A DNA stretch of 63,877 nucleotides, filler included, from Saprolegnia diclina VS20 (GCF_000281045.1; 7 parts of 2 records of this genome joined end to end with filler, not necessarily neighbours in it); one strand, 5' to 3'. Positions 36,616 to 49,756 are shown, numbered from the whole stretch's first letter. Translations and numbers: made by a program. Notes: generated by a model not told the origin, from the letters alone.

Positions 36616-38302
36616 NNNNNNNNNNNNNNNNNNNNNNNNNNNNNNNNNNNNNNNNNNNNNNNNNNNNNNNNNNNNNNNNNNNNNNNNNNNNNNNNNNNNN
36701 NNNNNNNNNNNNNNNNNNNNNNNNNNNNNNNNNNNNNNNNNNNNNNNNNNNNNNNNNNNNNNNNNNNNNNNNNNNNNNNNNNNNNNNNNNNNNNNNNNNN
36801 NNNNNNNNNNNNNNNNNNNNNNNNNNNNNNNNNNNNNNNNNNNNNNNNNNNNNNNNNNNNNNNNNNNNNNNNNNNNNNNNNNNNNNNNNNNNNNNNNNNN
36901 NNNNNNNNNNNNNNNNNNNNNNNNNNNNNNNNNNNNNNNNNNNNNNNNNNNNNNNNNNNNNNNNNNNNNNNNNNNNNNNNNNNNNNNNNNNNNNNNNNNN
37001 NNNNNNNNNNNNNNNNNNNNNNNNNNNNNNNNNNNNNNNNNNNNNNNNNNNNNNNNNNNNNNNNNNNNNNNNNNNNNNNNNNNNNNNNNNNNNNNNNNNN
37101 NNNNNNNNNNNNNNNNNNNNNNNNNNNNNNNNNNNNNNNNNNNNNNNNNNNNNNNNNNNNNNNNNNNNNNNNNNNNNNNNNNNNNNNNNNNNNNNNNNNN
37201 NNNNNNNNNNNNNNNNNNNNNNNNNNNNNNNNNNNNNNNNNNNNNNNNNNNNNNNNNNNNNNNNNNNNNNNNNNNNNNNNNNNNNNNNNNNNNNNNNNNN
37301 NNNNNNNNNNNNNNNNNNNNNNNNNNNNNNNNNNNNNNNNNNNNNNNNNNGGTCACCAATTGCAAATTTCGTGGCGGGGCACAACGATGTCCGGGCTAGT
37401 ACGCGGGGGTACTCGGCAAAGGAAACGGCGAAAGAAGGACGAGGACGAAGACGATACCGCGTATCTGGAAATCATGAATGTCGTGATGCCCATGCGACCC
37501 GGTACTGCCGCAATGCCAACCCATTTTCCAACTCGTGTACTCTGTAGTAATTATCGCCAAGAGCGAGGTCGACGCTTCAGAATCTTCTGAAGAGAGCGAC
37601 GTCGAGTCCTTTCTCGGTACGCAAAGCTACTTTCACTTTGTTGGGAATCCATCGTCCAGTAGAGGCCGCGCTGGCTCAGGCGAAGCGAGACGATGCGCGA
37701 CGCTGGAAGGCAAATTGGCGAAAGCGCAAGGCCGAAGCTCGAAAAGAAGCTCTCGCTTTGGCGAAGGGCTGCATCCATTCGCTTCCTACGACCACTACGA
37801 TGACTATCGACACATAAAATCACCGATTTGCGCGGATCCTGCAAACAGGCGCGCACCCAACCACAAGATGATGACCAAGACCTCACAAGGGATTCTCTGG
37901 CTTCAAAAAGAATTGTTGCAACGTCGAGGGTGTGTGTCTTTGTATTGTGTCCGATCGGAATGCCCCAAATGTGGTTTCGACCCAAGCTACTGTACACGTG
38001 GCCGCGTACGACCTCCTTGTATAATACACTTTCGACAGAAATATCCTCAAGCATCTACATCTCAGGATCTACAGCCGCCCTTGAATGCGACTTTGGCGCG
38101 TCTGTGTCCCACGAACGACCTTTTCACACAATTGTGATAGACATAATTAGAGCGTCCAAGGATTTGCTTGGCGGGTTTAGGCCGTCAAGGGACGAAGGAA
38201 TTAATGCAATGTTTATGAAAGTCTAAGCAGACTGATTTCTTAGCGCCACGAGCACAGCGCTCACGTGCGCGACGAAGCAGCAAGAGCAGACCAAGGTGGG
38301 TC

Positions 38303-38960
38303 CTAGCATGATATCACGAGTGCCTTGTGGTAGGAATAAGCAGCTCGACTAGTCGTTCGGGTGCACAGAGTTGCGATTCGTAGCCCTCCGCACCATTCTT
38401 TGCAGCCTGCAAAGAATGATCGAGTTCTTGTTGCAACAGGTTTGTGTCGTGCCGGCTGAACATGCAGCGAGCAAATGTATCGTTGTGCTGGACGGGGCGT
38501 GGGTGCCATGGATGGCGTTGGCCAACGCCGCAATATCGCCCTGGACGAGCAGCCAATCGCAGTGGATGGTGCGCACGCTGGCTTGGCTGATTCGCCGAGG
38601 TCGTCGCCGACAAAGCGCCCGTTGCGGTCGCTCGCACCACAGTCGGGCCAGCGTAGGACGTCGAGGCGGTCCGAGCGCTCCGCCCACTCGAGAATCGCTC
38701 GGCGACTTTCGATGGAGAAGAAGACGTCGTAGAGCTTGATGTATCGGACGCGAGGCGCCATAGTCCACGTTTGGTGCGTCGCTGGACGCGCATTCATGCT
38801 AATATGCGCCGTTGCGTGGAATGAGCCATCTCGACGAGCCTCGAACACCGTCACGAGAGGCGTCAAGCACATGAGCCGCCAGCTCGTCAGAACCACATGG
38901 CCGTTGTAGGAAAGAAGACAAGTTCTACTACCAATCTGCAACGTACGATCGACGCATGGG
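38303..38960 (-). pseudogene. Degenerate LRR-family-like relic
   Basis: Out-of-frame pieces (WAERSDRLDVL, DIAALANAIH) with weak resemblance to the family; no continuous ORF. Confidence 0.3.
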
Positions 38961-39146
38961 TAGCTACAACGTAGCTTACATACTACTAATCCACTATGAA
39001 AAAGTTGCGTGCAACTAGACGTTCCGATCGATTTCACCAACGTGGCACGGCGTCGATTACTCCAAATATCCCACGCCGCGTCCCGCGCCTTCTTCGTCCT
39101 CGCTCACTTTTCAATCTTCCAGCAGCTAGATCAACGCAACAGAACC

Positions 39147-40213
39147 ATGTCGGCAACTACCGTGTGTGTGACGGGCGGCTCGGGCTTCCTCGGCTCGTAC
39201 GTCGTCAAGCTCCTCCTCGAGAAGGGCTATCGCGTCAAGTCGACCGTGCGCGATGTTAACGACGCCAAGAAGGTCGCCCACCTGCGCGCGCTGCCCGGCG
39301 CCGCCGAGCGCCTCGAGCTCTTCCAGGCCGACCTCCTCCAGGTAGATTTCTACATTTGTGCTTCGCTGCTAAGACCGTTGCAACAGGAAGGGTCGTTTGA
39401 CAAGGCGATCGAAGGCTGCGCGGGCGTCTTCCACACGGCGTCGCCCTTCTTTTTGGCCAACCAAACGCGCGAGTCGCTTGTTGTGCCGGCGCTTCAAGGC
39501 ACGCGCAACGTTCTCGACTCGTGTGCGCGGCACCCGAGTGTCCGGCGCGTCATTGTGACATCGTCGACTGCGTCGGTGTACGTGCATCTTGACACCAAGC
39601 CCGCCGACCAAGTCGTACGTGGCTTGAGCTTTTGTGTCTATCTCACGTGATCTTCTAGTTTACCGAGGCCGACTGGAGCAACGTCGAGGGCATGGAGGCC
39701 CGTGGTATGTGGTACTGCGTGAGCAAGACTCTGGCCGAGCGCGCCGCCTTGGACTACCCGAAGGAGCACTCTGTGGCGTTTGACGTTGTGACCATGTGCC
39801 CAACCATGATCTTTGGCCCGATGCTGCAGCCCGTCTTGAACGAAAGCAGCCAAGTGGCTTATAACCTGCTCACGGGCGTGACCAAGGAGGTGCCCAACAA
39901 CGCGCGGGCGGTCGTTGACGTCCGCGATGTCGCGGCAGCCCACATTGCCGGATTTGAAGTCGCAGCTGCCAGTGGGCGCTATATTCTCGTGGCAGACACC
40001 ACCGACGATTTTGAGATCCGCGACGCGATCGTCAAGGCCGCGCCGAGTGCGACAAGTGTGCCTACCACCGCGCCACCCGCGGTCCGTGCGGCGCGCACGG
40101 CGGTGGATACGACCAAGGCCACGAAGGAGCTCGGTATTTCGTTCCGTCGTCTGGACGAAATGATCCAAAGCACGTGCGACTCCTTGAAGCAGCACGGGTT
40201 TGTGCAGTTCTAA
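39147..40213 (+). CDS. NAD(P)-dependent extended SDR reductase (cinnamoyl-CoA/dihydroflavonol reductase-like), copy 1
   Basis: [24 protein letters not shown], catalytic WYCVSK, VDVRDVAAAH; introns 39342-39386 and ~39615-39658; INR-like GCTCACTTTTCAATC upstream. Confidence 0.93.
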
Positions 40214-41441
40214 GTGTAAACTAGCGTGAACAACTTGAGTACAAGTAGTACATTTGACACGCGTTGGTCATTTGGAGTGAGGCAGCCGAAGACGAGAGTG
40301 TAATCAACTACTAGTATACTTCAAGCTGTCAAAGCGCTTCGTACAAACGAGATGTCGGGTGTGCGTCGGTCACAAGCTCGATCACGGTCGTTGTGCCACG
40401 AGGGCCTGTTCAACTTCAAGAATCCAAGCCTCGACATCCGGATTGTATCCGGATAATCGCGTTCAAATCCCCAAATGCTCCTCGCAGGCACACTGGCCGC
40501 GTCGCTGCCGAGGCTCGTTCGCACCGTGTTACCGGTATGTGTACACATACAGTATGTACGATGCGTTTGTAGAGTTTGCTGGGTGCTGTGAATGTTCTCT
40601 GGCAGCAAAGCGCAACAACAAAGATCCATAAGGACTTGCGCCACGGTGCACGGCTACTTGATGAGCTACTCGTAGTCCTCCATTTTCACAATTGCGTCTC
40701 GCTGGCGATGATGAAGTCTGCTGACTGTCGATCGTAGCGCAAATGCGCCACAGACTCGGAGCTGTGGCTCTGCGTGGTCGTGGGTTCGTGTGGCTGTCAA
40801 TTCTTCGACCCGTAGAGGTTGATCAGCCCACGGGATGCGCCACGCGGATGATATGCTCGGCTGCTTCGCTCGACCCCGCCGTAATCCATCGGGCTGTCGC
40901 GAGGCCGCGCCACTTCCTACTGCTTGGTCTCGACGGCGCAGCCAAGCAATCGGCCAAGCATGGGGCCGTGCGCCTCAAACTCCTCCGTGTAGCCGCATGG
41001 TCGACCGCTGCAATTGTGAATTGCACCCAGGAGGAAGCTGCATATGCGTTGTGACAATTCCGACGGCAATGTCAATATCACCTTTGCAAAGGTATTCAGT
41101 TTGGCATTCTCTTAGCGACGGCGGCGTTGCGCTGCCGACGCGCGCCGTGGGAGGGTAGCCTCCTACGACTCTGTTTATGCCCCTTGCGTCACGGCGCGTC
41201 GTCGCCTTCTACATCGTATATCGGCAACGACGCAGCTGCGCGAGCGTATTGCAGAAACTGCCGTCGGCACGACCTGATTCGACTTTGCAAAACGTATGCA
41301 TTTTCACAGGGCATCGAAGATCGCCGCTTCGTAGCCAATCACGACGTTGGCTATCAAGTCGCCAGCCAATCGCGTGCGCGCCGCGGGATTGTGACATGCC
41401 GCTCGGATGCCACTTCGAGACTGCCATTCAAGCTCCTCACC

Positions 41442-43775
41442 ATGGCGATCGGAACCGTGCTCGTGCTTCTCTGCCAGGCATGGCGCCTCTTCCTCGCGCT
41501 CACCTCTGAGCCGTGGAGCCTCCCGCTGACGCAGTTCGTCCGTGAACCAACGCTCTCGGCGCGTCCGCCACGGACGGTGCATCTCGCATCGAGCACGCCG
41601 TGGGCCAACGCGTCGACTTCCGTCACGCTCGTGTCGTGGCCAGGCCGCCGCGTCTCGTACAATACGACGCCGATGACGGTGGCGACTTCGTTTGGTGACG
41701 TTGTCTACAACAAGACGTGCAACGAGACGTGGTTTGCGCCGCCACGCAACCTCCCGCGCGGTCTCAACGTGCCGATCCCGACGAACCGCTGGTGGGGCAA
41801 CTGGATCGCGTACAGTGAAAACCACACCGATGTGTGTGCGTGGGCGAGTCCCTATGCGATCTGCCTCTTCCCGACGTCGATCGGCGTTTGGTACCCGCCG
41901 GACCGCCGCGTCTTTGGCAACTTTTCCGGCATCGGCGACTCGCCGCAGTACTACTACCACGACATTGCGAGCGACGTGGTCTTGTCTGCGGCCGAAGTCA
42001 ACAAAACCAAAGGCGCGCGCTTTCAAGTGGTCTCGTGGGACGACCTCGGCGTCACCGTCCGCGCGTCAGTTGGCAATCACTCGATGGCCTCGTCGGTCGT
42101 GACCGGCATGGCCTACTTTACAGCGACGTACAAGGGTCTCTCGCCGCTGCTGCGCGCCAACCGAACGATTACTGCGATCAACGGCGTCAACGTGTCCGCC
42201 GGCATGGTCTTCAACGCCTCGGCCAAGCTGTCGCTGACGCTCAACAACTCGCGGACGTGGATCGTGTATGCGTCGCCGCCCGTGACGTGGCGGCTCACGC
42301 GCGCGATGAAGCTGCGTGCGGCGCCGTACCATGGGCACATTCGCATTGCGCTTGCGCCGGATGGTGACGACGTCTATGACGCGCACGCCGACTGCATCGT
42401 CAACGGCGGGCGCGTCGACCTCGCGGCCACGTCATACAGCTTTCATTGGAATACGTCCGGTGCTTGCGCGTCTGGCCTTCTCCACTTTGGCTTGCAACAC
42501 CATATCGACACGCTCGATACGACGACGGCGCGTCAGCTGGCGACGCCGCGTCTAGAATCGTCGACGCGCGGCTGGCTGTACCCGCTCGTGTCGCCGCGCC
42601 TTCGCTGGACGTTCCACGAACGTTCGCTTGTGCCGGCCACGTTCTTGCCGCGCATTCCGGCGCCACATGCGCGTCTCGTGCGCGCGAACCTCACCGCGAT
42701 TCTCAAGGACGACATCTTGTCCAACTGGACCATGGAAGTCAACGGGTCGTACTACTTTAACGGCAAGGCCGCGCAAAAGTTCGCGTCGCTCTGCCTCATG
42801 GCGTCCGACAAGACGGTGGTCGGGAACGCATCGGCATACCTGCGCACGTGCCGGCGCAAGCTCGAAATTGCGCTCACGCGGTTCATTGACAACACGTGGA
42901 CCTTCCCGCTCGTCTACGACGGCCTCTACCGCGGTGTCGTGAGCAGCCAAGGCTTTGCCCAGAACGAAACCTACGCGGACTTTGGCAACACCATGTACAA
43001 CGACCACCACTACCACTACGGGTACTGGGTCACGGCGGCCGCGATCGCCAACCACGTGCACCCAAACTGGACGCGCTTGCCGGCGCTCAACGCGCGCGTC
43101 GAGACGCTCATCCGCGACGTCGCCAACACGAACCGCAGCGATTTGGCGTTTCCGATATTCCGGTCGTTTGATTGGTACAAGGGCCACTCGTACTCGCACG
43201 GCGCGACGGCCATGACGGACGGGAAGGACCAAGAGAGCTCGTCCGAAGACATCAACTTCCACTACGGGCTGACGCTCTTTGGCCGCGTCACGAAGCGTCG
43301 TCACATTGAAACGCTCGGACAACTCATGCTGACGCTCAACGCGCGGTCCGCGCGCACGTACTTTCTCATGCAAGACGATAGCACGGTCCAAGACGCGCGC
43401 ATGCGCCCGAACAAGGTACTCGGCATCATCTTTGACAACAAGGTCGACTACACGACGTGGTTCTCGAACGAGACCCACTGCATCCACGGCATCCAGATGC
43501 TGCCGACGACGCCCGTGACCGAGTTTGTCCGGACGACGCAATTCGTGCGCGAGGAGTGGACCCAAGTGCTCTCGACGCTGCCGATCGTGACCAACGACAC
43601 GATCGCCAACAACAACACGTGGGCGTCCATCATGTTTTTGAACTACGCACGGCTCAACCCCGACGCCGCGATCGCCAAGCTCGCGACCGTGCCCATGGAT
43701 GACGGTCTCTCGCGGTCCTGGGCGCTCTATATGGCCGCGTCCCAGCCAGGCGAGCCCCATACCGAGTCTAGTTAG
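41442..43775 (+). CDS. Endo-beta-1,3-glucanase, glycoside hydrolase family 81, secreted or anchored
   Basis: PIPTNRWWGN, YYFNGKAAQKFA, DFGNTMYNDHHYHYGY, FDWYKGHSYSHG, DGKDQESSSED, HGIQMLP; hydrophobic N-terminus; many N-glycosylation sequons. Confidence 0.95.
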   Translation: MAIGTVLVLLCQAWRLFLALTSEPWSLPLTQFVREPTLSARPPRTVHLASSTPWANASTSVTLVSWPGRRVSYNTTPMTVATSFGDVVYNKTCNETWFAPPRNLPRGLNVPIPTNRWWGNWIAYSENHTDVCAWASPYAICLFPTSIGVWYPPDRRVFGNFSGIGDSPQYYYHDIASDVVLSAAEVNKTKGARFQVVSWDDLGVTVRASVGNHSMASSVVTGMAYFTATYKGLSPLLRANRTITAINGVNVSAGMVFNASAKLSLTLNNSRTWIVYASPPVTWRLTRAMKLRAAPYHGHIRIALAPDGDDVYDAHADCIVNGGRVDLAATSYSFHWNTSGACASGLLHFGLQHHIDTLDTTTARQLATPRLESSTRGWLYPLVSPRLRWTFHERSLVPATFLPRIPAPHARLVRANLTAILKDDILSNWTMEVNGSYYFNGKAAQKFASLCLMASDKTVVGNASAYLRTCRRKLEIALTRFIDNTWTFPLVYDGLYRGVVSSQGFAQNETYADFGNTMYNDHHYHYGYWVTAAAIANHVHPNWTRLPALNARVETLIRDVANTNRSDLAFPIFRSFDWYKGHSYSHGATAMTDGKDQESSSEDINFHYGLTLFGRVTKRRHIETLGQLMLTLNARSARTYFLMQDDSTVQDARMRPNKVLGIIFDNKVDYTTWFSNETHCIHGIQMLPTTPVTEFVRTTQFVREEWTQVLSTLPIVTNDTIANNNTWASIMFLNYARLNPDAAIAKLATVPMDDGLSRSWALYMAASQPGEPHTESS

Positions 43776-43941
43776 TTGTCTTTTCGTCGAAAATACATCG
43801 ACGCTTTTGTCTCCGATGAGTGAGCTGGGCGCTTAGTTTGGATCGACTTGCCGTCCCGACTCAATTGCGATGAAATGCAAACCTGTCAAACTTTATAGAT
43901 TTGCCATCGAAACACAAGGAACATGAGTTTGCACTTGAAGA

Positions 43942-45014
43942 ATGACTGCGACTGTCTGCGTCACGGGCGGAGCCGGCTTCCTCGGCTCGTACGTCGTCAA
44001 GCGCCTTCTCGAGAAGGGCTACCACGTCAAGGCGACCGTACGCGACCCAACGAACGCGGCCAAGGTCGCTCACCTTCGCGCCCTGCCCGGCGCCAGTGAC
44101 CGCCTCGAGCTTTTCGCCGCCGACCTGCTGCAGGTTCACCTCGTCCTACCATGATACATTCTGAACGGTGCTTGTAGCCAGGCGCCTTTGACAAAGCTGT
44201 TGAGGGCTGCGCCGGTGTCTTCCACACGGCATCGCCCGTGCAACTCAAGGCCTCTCGAGATGCGCTGGTCGCGCCGGCGGTGCAAGGCACGCTTAACGTC
44301 CTCACGTCGTGCGCTCGCGTGCCGAGCATCCGCCGCGTTGTCTTGACGTCGTCCGTCTCGGCCGTGTACATGCACTGCGGCACCAAGTCGCCCGACCACA
44401 TTGTACTCCATCGTCCCTCGTTCTTTTGCAGCCCGGGCGCTCAGATCCCGTCGATGTAGTTTACGGAGGCCGACTGGAGCCCGAAAGACCGACTCGAAGC
44501 CAACGCAATGTGGTACCCGCTCAGCAAGACGCTCGCCGAGGAAGCCGCCATCGACTTTGTCGAGACGCAGCGGCCGGCGTTCGATCTCGTGGCCATGTGC
44601 CCCGCGTGGATCTTTGGTCCGATGCTGCCACCGAGCATGAACGAGAGCAGCGACATTGTGCGCAACTTGTTCAATGCACACGTCGTTGGCAACTTGGTGC
44701 GCAACGTCGTCGACGTCCGGAATGTGGCCGACGCCCACGTCGCTGGCTTTGAAAATACGAAGGCGCACGGTCGGTACCTCTTGATCGCGCACTCGTCCAC
44801 CGAGCAAGAGCTCTGCGACGGTCTTCGCATCGCACTGCCGACGCTTGCCGACCAACTGCCGACAGCGCGCGTGCCCGACGCGCAGATGCCCAAGGTGCGC
44901 TTCGACTGCCGCAAAGCTATGGACGACCTCGGTCTGCGCTTCTTCTCGCTGCAAGAGACTCTCGAAGCGACGTGCGTGACCATGCTCGCGCACGGCTTTC
45001 TCAACGCCAAATAG
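43942..45014 (+). CDS. CCR/DFR-like SDR reductase, copy 2
   Basis: [35 protein letters not shown]; introns at the same two positions as copy 1. Confidence 0.92.
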
Positions 45015-45338
45015 CACGAGCTATGATGTCCTAACAATGATGACTGAAATAGCACGATCAATGGATGGTGCATGGGATGTTGACGCTCCAGCTGGACGGG
45101 TTAGGTGTGGGTTAGGTGTAGGTCGAGATATTAGCTGGCCAGCTTGGTGACGAGCTATCGCTACGCTTTGTGTGTTTGCCATCAAATAGATTGTATAGAC
45201 ATGTTCTACTTGGTGGAAACTAGTTATACATAAGGCTAACGCAGGCGCAGAGTACAAAAAGTGTACTTTCAAGTGGTACAAAGCAATCCCTGGACGGGCT
45301 GAATGAACGCTATGCAAAGAAAGTTGACCCACTCCAGC

Positions 45339-48300
45339 TCAGCGCTGCCCCGCGTCGGTTTTGGGACGCTTGGTGCGTGAGGTCGAAGAGGCTACGGCCC
45401 GCTTCTTTGTCGTATCTCGGAGATACGCAATGCAAGCTTCGATGCGCCGACGCTCACGACGCATGTCCCGATCGGAGCAGCGGTAACCCCATCCGTCAAA
45501 GCAGTACTCGCAATCGCAGTCGAGATCACCCGCCGATTCTAGCATCGGCAGAACTTGCTGCGACCAACGCTTGACGGCTTGGCGCGTAATTTGCCGGAAG
45601 CTTGTCGTCGAGGTACCGGATCATCGGGTAGAGCACCGTGCGAGTGCAGTCAAGATGCATATACACCGGGGCTCGGCCGACCTTCTCGATGAGGTCCGCG
45701 ACAAAAAGAGGTACGTGCGACGGCGAGAGACGGTCGAGAATGAGCAATAAAGCGTGGGTGACGGTTTGCGCCTTCTTGTGGGCTACGATTTTGTCGTCCA
45801 TCCAGTCAAACGAGTGCCGGTTACCGACGAGGGAGGCAGTGAAGCCCAGGATCAAGTTTACGATCGCAGTCGCATCAGTGGGCGAGAGGGCCAAGCCTTG
45901 GTGGAGAGCGCGCAGCAACGCGCACGCCGTGGTTTCATAGCACAGCTTCCACGAAGCTGCGAAGGTGGCGACGAGATCTTTTTCGAGGCCGATCCATCGG
46001 TGCAGTTCCTCGAGGCGCTCGGCAAGCAGAGTAGAGTCATCTTCTTGGGCTAGATCGTACTGCGCTTCCAATTCGTCTTGAACCAACGGCAGAAGCGGCG
46101 TCGGCCGCGTCCCGTCCATGGCCGAGATACCAGGCAGAAGCGTGAGAAGCGGCGCCATGGCGACGGGACATCGCTGCACGATCGAGACCACAGAGCCGAC
46201 TGGTGTGACGTAGCTACAAATGGCTGCGACAAGCAACGACGGGAGCCGCGAGCCAAACCACGACGACGTCGGGGACGCATCCCAGTCGCAAGCGACACGC
46301 ACTTCGAGTTGAAGCATGATATGCAGCGCACATGTCCGTTGGTCGTCTGAGGACCCGACGTAACTTTCGTCTTCGTCTCGGAAGCGAACAGCGTTGGCGA
46401 CGACAGTATGCCAAAGCGTGACGACGAGCTCGGGAAAGTACGGCTGATTGAGCTCTGTCAATGCATCGAGCAGCGCCATGACGAACCGGAGCGCCGCTGC
46501 AAGGTTGGCCCAGTCCAAGTACGCGTACGCATGCGTCTTGTGCCAGTCGCCCAAGCTCTGGTCGACCAGCTGGACGATCGCGGCGCCGACGTCTTCCCAG
46601 CCAAACTCAACGCACGTCGTTTTGAGCCATGCAACGCCGTCACTGCGCTTGGTGTCGTCGAAAACGTCGATGCAGTGCGTCACGTAGAGCGACCGGAGCA
46701 GCGCCGAGCGAGACGCTGAGACGAACGCCGTCATGGCCTCGCGATCGGCGTCCGTTGTCTTCACGTCCGAGTCACCGAGCATCTCCATGACGGCCGTCGC
46801 CAGCTCGGACAAGGATGCGTACCCGAGTGGCAGCGCATTGTGAGGGGCGTGGAAAGCGTTCTGGAGCAGCTGGAACGCTGCACCAAAACCGAGAAGTCGC
46901 ACGCGGTGTTTCTTGGGCCAAAAGAGAAGCACCGGAGACGAGAGATCGTCAAGCGACTCGGTGGCGACCCACTTGCCGACAGTGCGTCCGACGAGCAGCG
47001 ACGCGGGCAAGTCGGTTGGCAGCGGCGTCTGCAGATGCATGGCCACATTGATGATCGTACGTGGCGGCGGTGGAATCGGCTTGAACGTCGTGCCAAAGTT
47101 GGTGACAAAGTCGGCCAGTGGCTGCAAGTTGAGGTCGACGTAAGAGTTGTCGCGTGCGTAGTCGCTAAAGTCGATGCTCTCATGTAGATCGTCGTCGCCA
47201 ATGTAGCCCTCGTCAACGCTATAATAGCTGGAGTTGAAGATGGCATCAAAGTCGGTTGCGACGTAGCCGTCCCGAATTGGTGGTGGACGCCTGGAAGGTT
47301 CTTGACGATCGCGACGCTCTGCTTCAAGACGCGCCGACCGACCGGCGTAATAGTTGACCACTTTGTACGTCAACTCGTCGTTCAGATAGCCCAGAGCGTC
47401 TCGCGCTTCCTCGCCGATCGCTTCCTCGTTGTCGAGAATGTACTGAACGACAGCGTCACGCACGGCTTGAAGCTCTTGGTGCGAGAGCTCTGGGACCGCC
47501 GTCGCGTCGGTCAACGTGACGAGCGCGACGTCGAACGCACCGGCAGCCACAAAACTGTGCACAAGCTCGGCGTGAACAGCGTTCAGATCAGCAAACGACG
47601 CTGCGTCGTCTTGGCAGCGATATGCGTACGTAGTCGCAAACTGCCGTGGCGCCGCCGCCAAATACGACAGCATCGACGCGGTGTCGGCCGGGCCTGGCGG
47701 AGCTGTTCGCTGCGTAGGTGCGTCGACGAGCTGCACAGCGTAGACGAGGTACGCGCGCCGTCCGGCCGAAATAGGCGCAAGCTCGACGTCACAGTCGACG
47801 TACCACGCGGCATACGACTCCCGCACCCAATCTGCACCCAGCTCGAGTGTTGACGAGCGCTCCTTGCACGTGACGGTAAGTTTGCGGGAATGGGGCGCAT
47901 CCAGCGCAATGACCAGCGTCCACGAGGCATCGCGGGTGTCGAGCGGCGAGAGGCGCGGCGCCATATCGTCACCATCCAACGTCAAGTGCGAGAGCGTAAA
48001 GACGCACGACCCGAACGCTCCGACGAGCAGCCTTGACATCTCATGGAAGTTGTTTGTGTCGACTGTGAGCTTGATAGCATCGGCGGGCACAATGCAGGCG
48101 CCGTCCGCGCCCACAAACGGCGCGAGGTCGTCGTCGCTCAATTCGTCCCAAGGCACGTAGTGGCTCAAAGCGTCGCGGACTTGAACATCGGTCTCACGAT
48201 CACTTCGCAGCTGCGCAAGCGGGATTTCGCCGCGCAGAGCCTCGACCGCCGTTGCGTAGCCATCGCCGAGCGCTTTGATCGCAGCCTTGGCGCGCGTGAG

Positions 48301-48366
48301 CTCGAGCATCGCCGAAGAGCTCTGCGTATCCGGATACGCAGCCAATTTCAAGAACTCGATTGGCAT
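45339..48366 (-). CDS. Large hypothetical protein with degenerate 2OG-Fe(II) oxygenase-like N-terminal domain; probable frameshift near the 3' end
   Basis: 946-aa ORF 45526-48366; TLVIAL...YAAWYVDCDVELAPISAGRRAYLVY resembles oomycete 2OG-oxygenase-like families; the protein-like tail DLDCDCEYC lies in another frame (45339-45545). Confidence 0.6.
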
Positions 48367-49274
48367 TGGTCAAAACTGGGTGGACGAGGGCTAGGTACGT
48401 CACACCGACTTGGTTTGCATCTGTCATGGCACACCTGTTGTCCAGGCGCTGCCAGGCCGATGCAAGCGTGTATCGCTGGAGAGTTATGACTCCAGGAAGC
48501 GAGAAGCCTAGAGTCTGGGTAGCCTGTGTGCGTGGTGTAGATAGGATAGTGCTTGGTGCCATATACGGATGATGTCCGGTAGCGACACTATACGGTCGTG
48601 ACCCATCATCATCCGTAGAGGCCCTCAAGGTCTCATCCGGCACAGCTTTCTATCCACAACGCTGGCCTCCATAGTCTCAGTTCCCAATCTGCCTTCGTGG
48701 CGTAACACAATACAACTGCCTGCTTCCTGGGAGATGGCTCTCCCCTCGCTGCGTGTTTGCGTTGCACCGCGGAAGCCACCACACCACGTCGACGACTTCA
48801 CGCGCCCCTCTCCTTCTACGCCTCCTTACGGGACCTGGGCAGCACTCCTCTAAAACTCAACACCTCACTTCACCCCCACCTCCCCTCCCCTGCGACTACC
48901 TTGCCAAACAACCCTAAATACGGAGGCAAGATAGCGGTACCCCACCGGGAACTTCAGCGGATTGTTATTTTTCTCCAAATTCGACGCAGCTTTCCCAGAC
49001 ACACCCAGATTTGGCATTTCCACTCGGCATTGAGAGGACTGCTCCTACCTGCAACCACCCATGCATCTCCACCACAAACCTCCTTCTTTAGTAGAACCTA
49101 CCTTCTTTCGTAGACAAAGGTTGCAATAGTACGGTGTGTATAATCAATAGTGAGCTACGTAACGAGCTACGAGGCCCGGCGTGCGCTTCCGCCGGCCATA
49201 AAAATCAGTGCAAACTGCTGTCGCGTCTTCTTGCGTCCTTCGATCGTCCGCGTCGCGAGTGTGCAGCTACGATC

Positions 49275-49544
<270 letters not shown>

Positions 49545-49644
49545 NNNNNNNNNNNNNNNNNNNNNNNNNNNNNNNNNNNNNNNNNNNNTTAATTAATTAA
49601 NNNNNNNNNNNNNNNNNNNNNNNNNNNNNNNNNNNNNNNNNNNN
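49545..49644. other. Artificial scaffold-joining linker
   Basis: N44-TTAATTAATTAA-N44. Confidence 0.97.
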
Positions 49645-49756
49645 TGTTGATGATGATGACGACGCCAACGAGCTAGCCTATACGAAGATCGTGCCACGTG
49701 ATTTTGTCCAATCCTCGTGCGCACAAGCCCTAAATGCGTGGTGATTGGATAATACT

